From assembly GCA_038087875.1 (NCBI GenBank), contig CM075989.1, forward strand, positions 6,946,001 to 7,010,000: a DNA stretch of 64,000 nt, given 5' to 3'. Below, piece by piece: positions 52,950-64,000 of the stretch. Position 1 is the stretch's first letter, and each line of letters starts with the position of its first letter. Both the position numbers and the translations under genes were made by a program. Source of the DNA: Malacoraja senta. Taxonomy: Eukaryota. Under the pieces are notes generated by a model, which made no database searches, was not told the DNA's origin, and saw only the letters and a list, made by a program, of their open reading frames with translations.

Positions 52950-54656
52950 GATAAGGATAATGAGAAACCTTGTGCATTTGGTCAAAAAAGGAAAAGGAAG
53001 CATATGTAAGGTTTAGGAAGATGAAATCAGATGGGGGACTTTGAGGAATATAAAGGAAGCAGGAAAGAACTCGAGCAGGGAATTGGGAGTATGGAAGGGG
53101 CCATGGAATATCATTGGCAAGGGAATCTCAACCAGTATTCAACCAGTTTTAGTGTGTATCTATATAAGGCAGCACCTCATAGAGCTGCTGCCTCACAGCA
53201 TCAGACACTCATGTTTGATCTTGACCTTTGGTGCCTGTCTGTGTGGTGTTTGCCTGTTCTCCCTGTGCCTTCCTAGTTTTCTCCGAGTGCTCCAGTTTTC
53301 TCCCACATTCCAAAGGCATGTAGATTTGTCAGTTAGTTGGGCTCTGTAAATTGTCCCCAGTGTGGAGAGAGCAGTTGTGAAAGTGGAGAACATAGAACCA
53401 GTGTGAACGGGTGATCGACCGTGGACCTGGTGGGCCAAAGGTGTGGGAAGAAACTGCGGGTGCTGGTTAACACTGAAGATAGACACAAAATGCTGGAGCA
53501 ACTCTGCGGGACAGGCAGCATCTCTGGATTGAAGGAATGGGTGACGTTTCGGGTCTGAAGAATGGTCTTGGCTTGAAACATCAACCATTCCTTCTATCTG
53601 GAGATGCTGCTTGTCCCGCTGAGTTACTCCAGCATTTTGTGTGGGCCAAAGGGCTTGTTTCCATGTTGTATCTCTAAAAAAAGTTGTGAGCCATAATTTC
53701 AGCCAGGATTTAACCTGTTTACATAGTGAATCTCTAAATGCTTTCTCAAGCTCCCACCCTGAACTTCCTTCCCAATTAATCCTGTAATTGGTTCTGCTGT
53801 GGTTTGTGTTTTGGGCCTTGTCTATTTGGTTAATGTCGAGCCCCAGAGCCTATTTCTTTCTGAGAAATGACAGCATGATTGCCTGTTCTCTGAATAACAC
53901 ACCACGGGTGATTTTGCAGGAACCTTGCTTCTGATTTATTTTTTTCATCAGAAGAACAATTCTCCTCTCTCCCCCGGAGACTGTCAACCAGAAATAATCT
54001 AACGCCATATTTAGAGGGTCCTCTAGCCACGATCATTTACTTAGGCCACATAATTACTCCCCGGAAGATCCGAGTTAATCACCCCGTCTATAAATCCAAC
54101 TCCAGTGCTCACATTGGTCTCTTTATCCACTCACCCAACATGGTATGGATTGCATTTCAATACAATTCTGTAGGATCAGCAGGTTGAGTTAAGAGTTTGG
54201 GATGGGAGGGAAGGGAAGGGGAGTGGAATTCCACAGAACTACAACTTGATCTGAGCCTAACCTCTACACGTCCAAACTGAAACTGAGCCAAGTTCAAGAT
54301 CCAGAAATAGAAGCAAGGAACAAAGGCACAAAATGCTGGAGTGACTCAGCAGGTCAGGCAGCATCTCTGGAGAACATGGATAGGTGACCCTTCTTCAGAC
54401 ACCAGAATCCCAGACCATCAATTTTTGTGCTAACTCACCCAATCTTCACTGTAAACATAAATGTCTCAAACATGTCGTTGATCAAATGAAATATCAACTA
54501 AATATATCTGAAACTCAACATTTTTTAGTCAGACAGCATGGAAACAGGCCCTTCGGCCCAACTTGCCGACCAATACAACCCACCTGCACTATTCCCACCT
54601 GCCCGCACTTGGGCCATATCCCTCTAAACCTATACTATCCATGTACCTGTCCAAAC

Positions 54657-54963
54657 TTTAGTTTAGTTTAGTTTAGTTTAGAGATACAGCACAGGCCCTT
54701 CGACCCACCGGGTCCGCGCCGACCAGTGATCCCCGCACATTAACACTATCCTACACCCACTAGGGACAATTTTTACACCAAGCCAATTAATCTACAAACC
54801 TGTACGTCTTTGGAGTGTGGGAGGAAACCAAAGATCTCGGAGAAAGGGGAGAAAGTACAAACTCCGTACAGCCAGCACCCGTAGTCGGGATCGAACCCGG
54901 TTTCTCCAGCGCTGCATTCGCTGTTAAGGCAGCAACTCTACCGCTGCGCCACCGTGACCGCCC
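54657..54963 (-). mobile_element. tRNA-derived SINE, GAATGCAGCGC-insert variant
   Basis: Same extra motif as the copy at 4172-4461. Confidence 0.87.
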
Positions 54964-55937
54964 TTTGTGAAAGTTATTTTCTTACTTCTCAAATTGTGGG
55001 CTGAAGGGCCTGACTCTGTGCTGTACTGTTCTATGTCCTCTCCTCAATGAAGTATCGAGTGGAATGACACACTCCAATCCAGAGCAGAATGCTTCACCAC
55101 AACGTAACCTGACCCAACCAGAGATGCAGGTCCGATCAGGCATTGTTCACACAGCCAGGGACTGAAGGGTTGGTGTGGAGTTAGGGTAATGGCTCTGGTC
55201 CACAAAGATATTCAGGAGCTCTTTGTACCCTCTGCACTCTCTCACCACCCAGTCCCCGAGCTGCCATCATGCTAACCATCTTGCCCCTTTGTTGATACCT
55301 TTGTTGAATATGGGTTAATCCCCATCCATTGATTGTGGACCTTGCAATATGGAAAATCATCTCGTGCGTTTATCAGGGTACATCCAGTGGGTGTATCCAG
55401 GAAACATGGCAAGATAACACAAAACTAACAATATATTCTAGAAGACATAGAATGCTGGAGCAGCACAGTGGGTCAGGCAGCATCTCAGGAGAGCATGGAT
55501 AGACAACATTCTAGGTTAGGATCCTTCATCAGCCTGAACAAAGGTCCCGACCCAAAACATCACCTATCCATGTTCTCCTGAGATGCTGCCTGACGCGCTG
55601 AGGCACTCCAGTACTCTGTATCTTCATTTGTAAACCGGCATCTGCAGTTCTTTGTTTCAACAATATATGTTTCCTGTTACCGCTTGCTATCTGAGGACAC
55701 AAAGCTTCATCCATAAACACTCACTGATTGTTTCTTGAATATCATAAAGCTGCACTGTATGGAAACAGGCCTTTCAGCCCATCTTGTCTATGCCGACCAA
55801 GTTGGCATACTAGCTCACACTTATTTGCCCGCATTTGGTCCCAAGCTCTTAAAAGCCTTCCGATCCGTATATCTATCCAAATGTCTTTTCAAGGTGTGGA
55901 ATGGGCCAAGTGAAGACCAGTGGTTCATGACACCTAC

Positions 55938-56089
55938 CGTAATGTGGGATGATGGTCCAGGCCATCACGGATGCGTAGATCCCACCAATCATCCAGAACA
56001 TGCAGAGCCAGCTGAGGTGTTCCCCGCGCTTCTCACGAGACAGGAATTCAGAGAAGTAGGCAAAGACGATGGGGATGGAGCCACCAATA
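55938..56089 (-). CDS. SV2B: SV2B exon: IGGSIPIVFAYFSEFLSREKRGEHLSWLCMFWMIGGIYASVMAWTIIPHYG
   Basis: 152 bp; AG acceptor, GTaggt donor; EFLSREKRG is SV2B-type; frame continues from the previous exon. Confidence 0.96.
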
Positions 56090-57469
56090 CTGAGAGATGG
56101 AAGAAAGAAAATAATGTTCAGAGTTGTTGACAGGACTAGCGCCCATTCTCAATCATTCCCCCTGGTTACTGTTCCCAAACCAAACAAGGGTATGTTGCTT
56201 TACAGGAATGTGGTCCCTTTTGTTTAGGTGAGTGGTAGAACCTGAGAGGAATTGATGACAATATGAAGTGAATAAAGCTGAATTAGTGCAAACAGGTGGT
56301 TAATAGTCAGCATGGGCTTGATGGGCCAAAGGGCCTGTTGCCATGCTGTATCTATCCAGTTACAAACCTTCCTGAGCCATCTGCCATTTGTTAGGTCAGC
56401 TCTTCCCTTACTTTGGGACCCGGTAAGCTCGAGCCACAAGTGTTTGCAGGAAAGTATTGAACGATCGAGGAAGTTCAAGTTCAAGTCCAAGTTCAAGTGA
56501 GTTTATTGTCATGTGTCCCTGATAGGACAATGACATTCTTGCTTTGCTTCAGCACAACAGAACATAGCAGGCATTTACTACAGAACAGACCAGTGTGTCC
56601 ATATACCATTGTATAAATATATACACACATAAATAAATAGACTGACAAAGTGCAAATAACAGATAATGGGTTATTAATGAGGGTTATGGAGGAAATGAGG
56701 GTTATGGAGGAGTTGAGGCCACCATAGATCATAATGATGTTCAATCTTGAGGGGCTTGGTGGCCTACTCCTGTTCCTATTTTCTTACATTCTGGTGAACA
56801 AAGTTTGGATTTAAAAAATGCTAAAAGTTCATCTTAGATCCCTCAAAGTAATCAAGAACAAGGAAGATTAATGCTTGTCCCAAGACCTTGAATGAGTAAT
56901 GGTCACAGATAGCTTCTGATGTGTGGCCATGTACTACGGCTTTCTGGGGTGTCTTTAAGTTCCAAGCATGGGCTGTGCGTTAGAAACAAGGCAACTTATG
57001 GCATCTAAATGAGAAATATGGCCAGCTCCAACATGCAACCACCAGAGTCCCCTCAGGCAAATTTAGTTTGTCTACTGTTCTTGCACTGAAGCCAAACTGT
57101 TTAGTCCACGTCATTAAGGAGCCGCGCTCCGAAAGTCGAAACAAGGGCGATAAAACTCAGGCTTGTAAATATCAAAGAAAAATGGAAGCGGTCTGACTTT
57201 CAAATAATTTCAAAGAGTTCCCTCAACAATTGATATGACACAACAAATAAATCAGGTCAGACTCAGTGCACAAGGTAGGACAAGTTATTGAGCAAAGGTT
57301 GTTTATATTTTTATGAAATTTATGTTTTTTTCAATCAATTGTGGATTACCGCATGTCACCCAAACATAAACTAGTTTAGGTACTATAAACCTGATATAAG
57401 AAGAGAAGATGTTGCAAACACTACTGCGGCAGACTACTAGAAAGAGAAACAGAGTTAACAAACAGGGAC

Positions 57470-58000
57470 ATCGGGAGCTCCAGGTCCCTGGTGGGAGACG
57501 GCTTTTCGGAGCTCCCGCAACGGCAACTTCTCCCGCTGGAATCGCGAGGTTCAAAGGACACGGACGGGACTTACCATCGCCCGCCGGGGGCTCTAACATC
57601 GGAGCCCCAGTTCGCCTAGACGCAGCAGTTGGACTGCGGGTTGGACTGCTTGAACCGCGGGGTTTGAAGGCCGCGGAGCCGGGGCCTAGCATCGCCCGGC
57701 GTGGCTGAATGGCCACGGGACTTGCCATCGTCCGCCGGGGGCTTTAACACCGGAGCCCCAGTTCGCCTAGACGCTGCAGTTGGACTGCTGGACCGCAGGT
57801 GAAGAATAAAGGGAAGAGATAAGACTTTGCCTTCCATCACAGTGAGGAGGTGTTGGAGACTCACTGTGATGGATGTTTATGTAAACTGTGTTAAGCGTGG
57901 GTCTTGGTTTTTTTGTAATGTGTTAAAAAACTGTAGTAAATGCAATTTCATTCAAGCCTAGGCTTGAATGACAATAAATAGCATTCAATTCAATTCAATT
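57470..58000 (+). mobile_element. GC-rich SINE-like retroposon with an internal repeat of about 150-bp period, a 3' hairpin and a (TTCAA)n tail
   Basis: Hairpin at 57830-57875; related to 11555-12095. Confidence 0.6.
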
Positions 58001-58390
58001 ACAGATTAATTACCTTTCATTAGTTTTGATAAAAGGTCATCGACCTGAAGCATTAATTATTTTTAGAGATACATTGCGGAAACACGCCCTTCGGCCCACC
58101 GAGTCCGCGCTGACCAGCGATCCCCATCCACTAGCATTGTCCTACACACTAGGAACAATCCTCTGGCCGAGCTCAGCTTCAACCTATCTCAAGACATTCT
58201 TAAAGTATCTAGGTCAAATTAGTCCATTGGTTTATATTCCATCCAAACCTCTAATCCCTCCCAGCAATCCCTCCATTTCACCACTTGAGTGTTGGTCCAC
58301 ATTACCTTCCCAAGTTAGACACAAAATGCTGGAGTAACTCAGCGGGACAGGCAGCATCTCTGGAGAGAAGGAAAGGGTGACATTTTCAGA

Positions 58391-58418
58391 CTGAAGAAGG
58401 GTCACGACCCGAAACGTC
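58391..58418 (+). ncRNA. Minimal hammerhead core in a fold-back PLE-derived element (about 58316-58512)
   Basis: CTGAAGA-A-GGGTC-AC-GACCC-GAAA-C-GTC. Confidence 0.5.
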
Positions 58419-58680
58419 ACCCATTCCTTCTCTCCAAAGATGCTGCCTGTCCCACTGAGTTACTCCAGCATTTTGTGTCAATCTTCGATTTAAACCGGCA
58501 TCTGCCTACACATTTGGTTACCCTCCCAAGTCTTGGTGTTGAAGTCTAGGCCAGAGAGAAGAGCGCAGTCTAGACGACCAGGATTATCTTGAATGGAATG
58601 AATGCCAGCAGGAATTGCTGCAGAAATGTCCGGATGCCCATGATATCGTTGTCCTGTTAAAACAACCACAGTGCACTTAC

Positions 58681-58861
58681 CCAACTCCTGAAAGCAGCCG
58701 GCAGAACAAGAAGATGCCATAACCTTGGACAAAGGATGAGAAGATAATAAAGACTCCATTGATGCTCAAGGCGATGATGAGACAATACCTCCTGCCCATT
58801 TTGTCTGCCAGGCCACCCCAGATGAAGGCTCCAAACATCATTCCCAAATACACTATTAACC
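58681..58861 (-). CDS. SV2B: SV2B coding exon, first in window (TM2-TM4): GLIVYLGMMFGAFIWGGLADKMGRRYCLIIALSINGVFIIFSSFVQGYGIFLFCRLLSGVG
   Basis: 181 bp; acceptor ttcttgcAG, donor GTaagt; contains the MFS motif A (GGLADKMGRR); phase 1 in, phase 2 out. The upstream coding exon was not found in the window. Confidence 0.96.
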
Positions 58862-59801
58862 CTGCAAGAAAGTAATAAGAACATTATTAAAACAATCATC
58901 CTGGGATTATGCCTCAAGTTTCAGACATTTCACCAGTTTCAGTTGTTTCACCTCTCAGCATCTCACTTTAATAATCTGTTTCTCCAGTTACTCAAATAAA
59001 GGTGCGAGATGGAAGAGATGGGAATGCAACAGAATCGTGTTAGAACCATGTTACTGCAACCCGCATTTCTGCAGCACCCTCAGCATGGTGAAACATCCAA
59101 ATGTATTTTGCAGGAATAATAATCAACAAAATTTGACACGGTGCGTGAAGAATTATTTTACAAATTATCAAAAGCTGGGTCAAAGAGCATCTTTAAAATG
59201 AACCGTGAGTCAGGGAGCCACACAGCACGGAAACATGCCCTTCAGTCCACTGAGTCCACGACAATCGTCAAGTATCCACTCATTTACTTTTTTTTCCCCC
59301 ACTTTCTTTACAACTATCTTTAGATTCTACCCCTTGCCGGCTCACCAGGGACATTTTACTAGGCCAACTGGACTACCAATCAGCACATTTGTGGGATGTG
59401 GCAGGAAATAGTTCCAGAGACCCAGTTTGATCTTGATCTCGGGTGCTGTCTGAGTGGAGTTTGCATATTCACCGCGTGACCTTGTGGGTTTCCTCTGTGT
59501 GCTCCGGTTTCCACACACAACCCAAAGACATGCGGGTTTATAGGTTAATTGGCTTCTGTAAATTGTCCCTAGTGTGTAAGGGGTGGATGAGAAAGTGGGA
59601 TATTGTAGAACTAGTGTGAATGGGTGATAGATGGTCAACGTGGGCTGAAGGGCCTGTTTCCACGCTGCATCTCTAAACTAAACAAACATGACCAAAATAA
59701 ATCCATATGGCCACTGGGAAATGGTACAGGTAACACAGGAGGTCAGGATTGAATCGGGGTTGCTGATACTATGAAATAGCTGCTCCACATGCTGCACCTT
59801 A

Positions 59802-60100
59802 AGGGCCTGTCCCACTGTACGAGGTAATTCTCCCGAGTTTCCCCTGATTCGAACTCGGAGAATTACGGTAATAGCCGTTCGTAGGTACTCGGGGCTCTCG
59901 TGGACATTTTTCACAGTGCTGAAAAAACTTCACGAGTTACCGTGTTTCCCGAGTACCTGCCGTTAGCATTACGAGCCGCTACAAGACATCCACGAGCTCC
60001 GACGTAGCCGCTACGTACATTCTACGTACTTACCACGAGTTTGATTTTTTTTTAAACTCGGGAGAGCTCTTGAATTACCTCATACAGTGGGACAGGCCCT
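59802..60100. mobile_element. PIF/Harbinger-type MITE (299 bp)
   Basis: TIR AGGGCCTGTCCCACTGTA(C/T)GAGGTAATTC; TTA left flank, CTA right flank. Confidence 0.88.
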
Positions 60101-61209
60101 CTAGAGAATCAAAACAAATGCATTCAGACTCAGTTTCAAGGACTAAGCACGGTATGTGCTCCATGGAAACCTTTGTCATATTAATCATAAAATTACTATG
60201 GCTGGCCTTTTTTTAGAATTGCCCTAAAAAAGATATAAAGCCTTTTTTTAAAAAGTGATAGGTTTGTTCCTCCCTGTCTTGTCTGTTGGCAGGCCATTAA
60301 TAAATAGCAAGACTTTAGCCATTAGAATTACAGCATGGAAACAGCCCCTTTGGTCCAGTGAGTCCGCGCCAACCAGCGTACGGGGAGTACACTAGCACTA
60401 TCTTATGCACAAGGGATAATTTACAATTCACTGAAGCCATTAACCTGCAAACCTGTATGTCTTTGGAGACGGCACCCGTAGTGAGGATTGAACCGGGCCC
60501 TGCAAGGCAGCAACTCTACCATTGAGCGTAAGATTTGCTGAATTGTAGCATTCCTGGTGGCCAAAGGCTTCAGTAAAATTATAAATTGTTCCTACTGTGT
60601 GTACGATAGTGTTAGTGTGCGGGGGGTCGCGTGTCGGCATGGACTCGATGGGCCGAAGGGTCTGTTCGATAAACTAAACTAATCTAAAAATGCTAGCAAG
60701 ATTAGACCTTCCCCCAATCTCCTGCATGTCCTTATGCACCCTGCCCCTCGATCACACCCCCCTGCATGGACAGTCAGACCCCATCTCTGCTGGGAGGGCC
60801 CCACTACAACACAGGCCCCTCTCTATAATGCCCTTGCCTTCCGAACGATTATGACATCCCCCATGCATTGCTGTGTACTTTGTTGCCGCAGTACTTCCCT
60901 GCCAGGCAGTCGAACATCTTCGTAACATGGCATCCTGGAAATACATTGGCGCAGTGGCACAGCAGGCAGTGCAGTCAGCTCACAGCTCCAGTAGCCCAAG
61001 TTCAATTTTAACCCTTGGCGCTGTCTGTGTAGAGTCTGCACGTTTTCCCTGTGATCTTCTGAATTTCCCCTGTGCTACAGATTCTTTGCATATCGCAAAG
61101 ACCTCTGGGCTGGTCAGTTAATTGAACTCTAAATTATCCCAAGCGTATTGGTGCAAAAAATAAAAATGTAGGGAGAATGAAATGGTATTGGTGTAGAATT
61201 AGTGCAACC

Positions 61210-61766
61210 GACAATAGACAATAGGTGCAGGAGTAGGCCATTCGGCCCTTCGAGCCAGCACCGCCATTCAATGTGATCATGGCTGATCATCCCCAATCAG
61301 TACCCCATTCCTGCCTTCTCCCCATATCCCCTGACTCCGCTATTTTTAAGAGCCCTATCTAGCTCTCTCTTGAAAGCATCCAGAGAACCCGCCTCCACTG
61401 CCCTCTGAGGCAGAGAATTCCACAGACTCACCACTCTCTGTGAGAACAAGTTTTTCCTCGTCTCCGTTATAAATGGCTTACTCCTTATACTTAAACTGTG
61501 GCCCCTGGTTCTGGACTCCCCCAACATCGGGAACATGTTTCCTGCCTCTAGCGTGTCCAAGCCCTTAACAATCTTATATGTTTCAATGAGATACCCTCTC
61601 ATCCTTCTAAACTCCAGAGTGTACAAGCCCAGCTGCTCCATTCTCTCAGCATGTGACAGTCCCGCCATCCCGGGAATTAACCTTGTAAACCTACGCTGCA
61701 CTCCCTCAATAGCAAGAATGTCCTTCCTCAAATTAGGGGACCAAAACTGCACACGATACTCCAACT
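61210..61766 (-). mobile_element. CR1 LINE 3' end
   Basis: LEYRVQFWSP...VQRRFTRLIPG...LWNSLP. Confidence 0.9.
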
Positions 61767-62321
61767 GGTTGGCAGAAATTTGGTGGCCTGAAGGGCTGAT
61801 TCCGTGCTGTATCACTCTGTGACTCGGAAACATTTAAGCAAGGCCCTGCTCCTAAATTGAGGTTAAACCTGGATTAGTTGAATTTCCAGTATATTTCTTT
61901 CTCTCTGTCCTAGCCTAAAGGGGGTCTCAGACCATAAGCCCTCCATCACGCTATGACTTTAGCTAACATGTGGCACAATGGCATCTCTGGTAGAGCTGCT
62001 GCCTCACAGCACCAGAGAGCCTGCTTTGATCCTGGCCTCGGGTGCTGTCTGTGTGGAGTTTTGCATGTTCTCCCTGTGACCGCGTGGTTTTTCTCCGGGT
62101 GCTCCAATTTCCTACCCCATTCCAAAGACTTGCTGGATGGCAGGTTAATTGGCTTCTGCAAATTACCCCTCGTATGTAAGGAGTGGATGAGAAAGTGGCA
62201 CAACAGAACTAATGTGTAGGGAGGAACTGCAGATGCTTCTAATGAGAATGGGTGATCAATGGTCAGTGTGGACTCGAAGGGCCAAAGGGCCAGTTTCCAC
62301 GCTCCATCTCTAAACTAACAC

Positions 62322-62785
62322 AATCACTTCGCTGAACACCTCCGCTCAGTCCGTGTTAACCAACCTGATCGTCCGGTTGCTCAGCACTTCAACTCCCTCT
62401 CCCATTCCCAATCTGACATTTCTGTCCTGGGCCTCCTCCATTGCCAGAGTGAGGCCCAGCGCAAGTTGGAGGAACAGCACCTCATATTTCGCACGGGTAG
62501 TTTTTACCCCAGTGGGATGAATGTTGACTTCTCTAATTTTAGATAGCCCTTGCTTTCTCCCTCCTTCCCCTCCCCCTTCCAAGTTCCCCCACATCCTACT
62601 GTCTCCGCCTACTTCCTTTCTCTTTCCCGCCCCCCCCTCACCCCCCAACATCAGTCTGAAGAAGGGTCTCGACCCGAAACATCGCCTATTCCTTCTCTCC
62701 ATAGACGCTGCCTCACCCTCTGAGTTTCTCCAGCATTTTTTGTCTGCCTTCGATTGTTCCAGCATCTGCAGTTCTTTCTTAAAAA
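62322..62785 (+). mobile_element. PLE 3' end (GIY-YIG C-terminus plus terminal repeat with a hammerhead-like motif at 62656-62683)
   Basis: FAEHLRSV...VAQHFNSLSHS...LGLLHCQSEAQRKLEEQHLIFR...GMNVDFSNFR*, then the same terminal sequence found in the short fold-back elements. Confidence 0.88.
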
Positions 62786-63119
62786 TAACACGATGCACAG
62801 TCGAGATCAAAGCAGAAATCCTGTGGCTCCACATTGAGGACTGAATTTTGTTTCATATTAAGTTCTTGGCTCTTGCTAACTATTTGGATGCTCATATAGA
62901 ATTCTGTTTCATATCCTCTCTTTGATATGCCAAGCAGACGGAAGCCAAGAGGCAGTTATTTGGCCTTTAATGAAGTTTAATAGAGAAGATCATTTGAGGT
63001 TCAAAGAGATACATCTAAATCAGCTGGTTTGCAGCCAGCGTGTGGTGCAGTTGCAGTTAGTTGATCACGGACCGATTCAGGAACAAACTGAACACATTGC
63101 TCACTCACCTTTCTTTAGT

Positions 63120-63805
63120 TTAGGTTTAGTTTAGTGTTGCGTGTACTGAGGTAAAGAACTTTTTTTTTGCGTGATAACCAGTTTGGGGAAGACTATATAC
63201 ATGATTGCAGTGGAGTAGTCCATAGTCTACTGATACATGATCAATGGAATAACGTGAATAATGTTTACTGCAAGATTAAGTCCAGTAAGGTCCGATTAAA
63301 GATTGTCTGAGGTTCTCCAATGAGGTAGATAGTAGCTCAGGACCACTCTCTAGTTGTTGATAGGATGGTTCAGTTGCCTGATATTACTGTTGCTGGTAAT
63401 AAACTGTCTCTGAACCTGGAGGTGTGTGTTTTTGCACTTCTGTGCCTCTTGCCCGATGGAGAGGGGAGAAGAGGGGGTGCCTGGGGTGAGACCCATCCCT
63501 GATTACGCTGGTGACCTTGCCGAGGTGGCGTGAGGTATAGTGAGGAGTCAATGGAAGGGAAGGTGCACAAAAATGCTGGAGAAACTCAGCGGGTGCAGCA
63601 GCATCTATGGAGCGAAGGAAATAGGCAACGTTTCGGGCCGAAACCCTTCTTCAGACAATGTGAGTCAATGGAAGGGAGGTTGGTTTGCGTGATTGGTCTG
63701 GCCTGCATCCACAATTCTCTGCAATTTCTCGCGGTCTTGGGTGGAGATGTTCCCAACCGTGCAGTGATGCATCCCGATAAAATGCTATCTGCGGCGCATC
63801 TGTAA
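63120..63805 (-). mobile_element. Rex1-like LINE 3' fragment with a short PLE-derived insert (63561-63661)
   Basis: SRFRDSLLP motif; 16-bp TSD GAGTCAATGGAAGGGA at 63545-63560 and 63662-63677. Confidence 0.72.
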
Positions 63806-64000
63806 AGCAGCTTGCAGCAACTTACTAGTATACAGCTAAAAAATGTGCAGTTATAAGCACTGTTAACAACGTAACATTTCCAAATGCTTCCGAGGGAGAA
63901 TCCTTTTTGGAAGAAATATTGGTGAGATTCACATGTTCACAAGTTATAGGAGTAGATTTATGTCATTCGGCCCATCGGGTCCACTCTGCCATTGAATCAT

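Noticed and set aside
52394..53003. GC-rich ORFs that could be a transposase
   Set aside because: They lie inside a 516-bp non-autonomous hAT element and show no DDE or BED motifs.
58862..64000. Search for the SV2B start exon (GHGRFQW...LPSAEKDMC)
   Set aside because: Not found by eye; the region is repeat-filled intron, so the exon probably lies beyond the window.

Overview
This is repeat-rich vertebrate genomic DNA from a cartilaginous fish, probably a skate or ray (inferred from the HE1/V-SINE-type SINEs and CR1/HER1-like LINEs). It has one well-supported protein-coding gene: SV2B (synaptic vesicle glycoprotein 2B) on the minus strand. I could assemble 11 coding exons from 58861 down to the TGA at 27278. 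All introns are GT-AG with consistent phases, giving 1607 nt in frame. The first coding exon lies beyond the right edge of the window. The rest is mostly mobile DNA: tRNA-derived SINEs, CR1, Rex1/Babar-like, Tx1-like and RTE fragments, Penelope-like (PLE) remnants, hAT elements and a PIF/Harbinger-type MITE family. There is a 200-N gap at 16683-16882. The most interesting signals are: (1) many short, often fold-back PLE-derived elements that carry minimal hammerhead-ribozyme cores and have roughly 10-19 bp target duplications; (2) six MITEs with one shared 15-bp TIR but different interiors; (3) a decoy duplicate of an SV2B splice acceptor; (4) an SV2B with SV2A-like luminal and drug-pocket residues; (5) a divergent CTCF motif pair. 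I see no evidence for a wholly new protein-coding system. Repeat boundaries are approximate unless TIRs or TSDs are stated, and family names come from recognition, not database searches.
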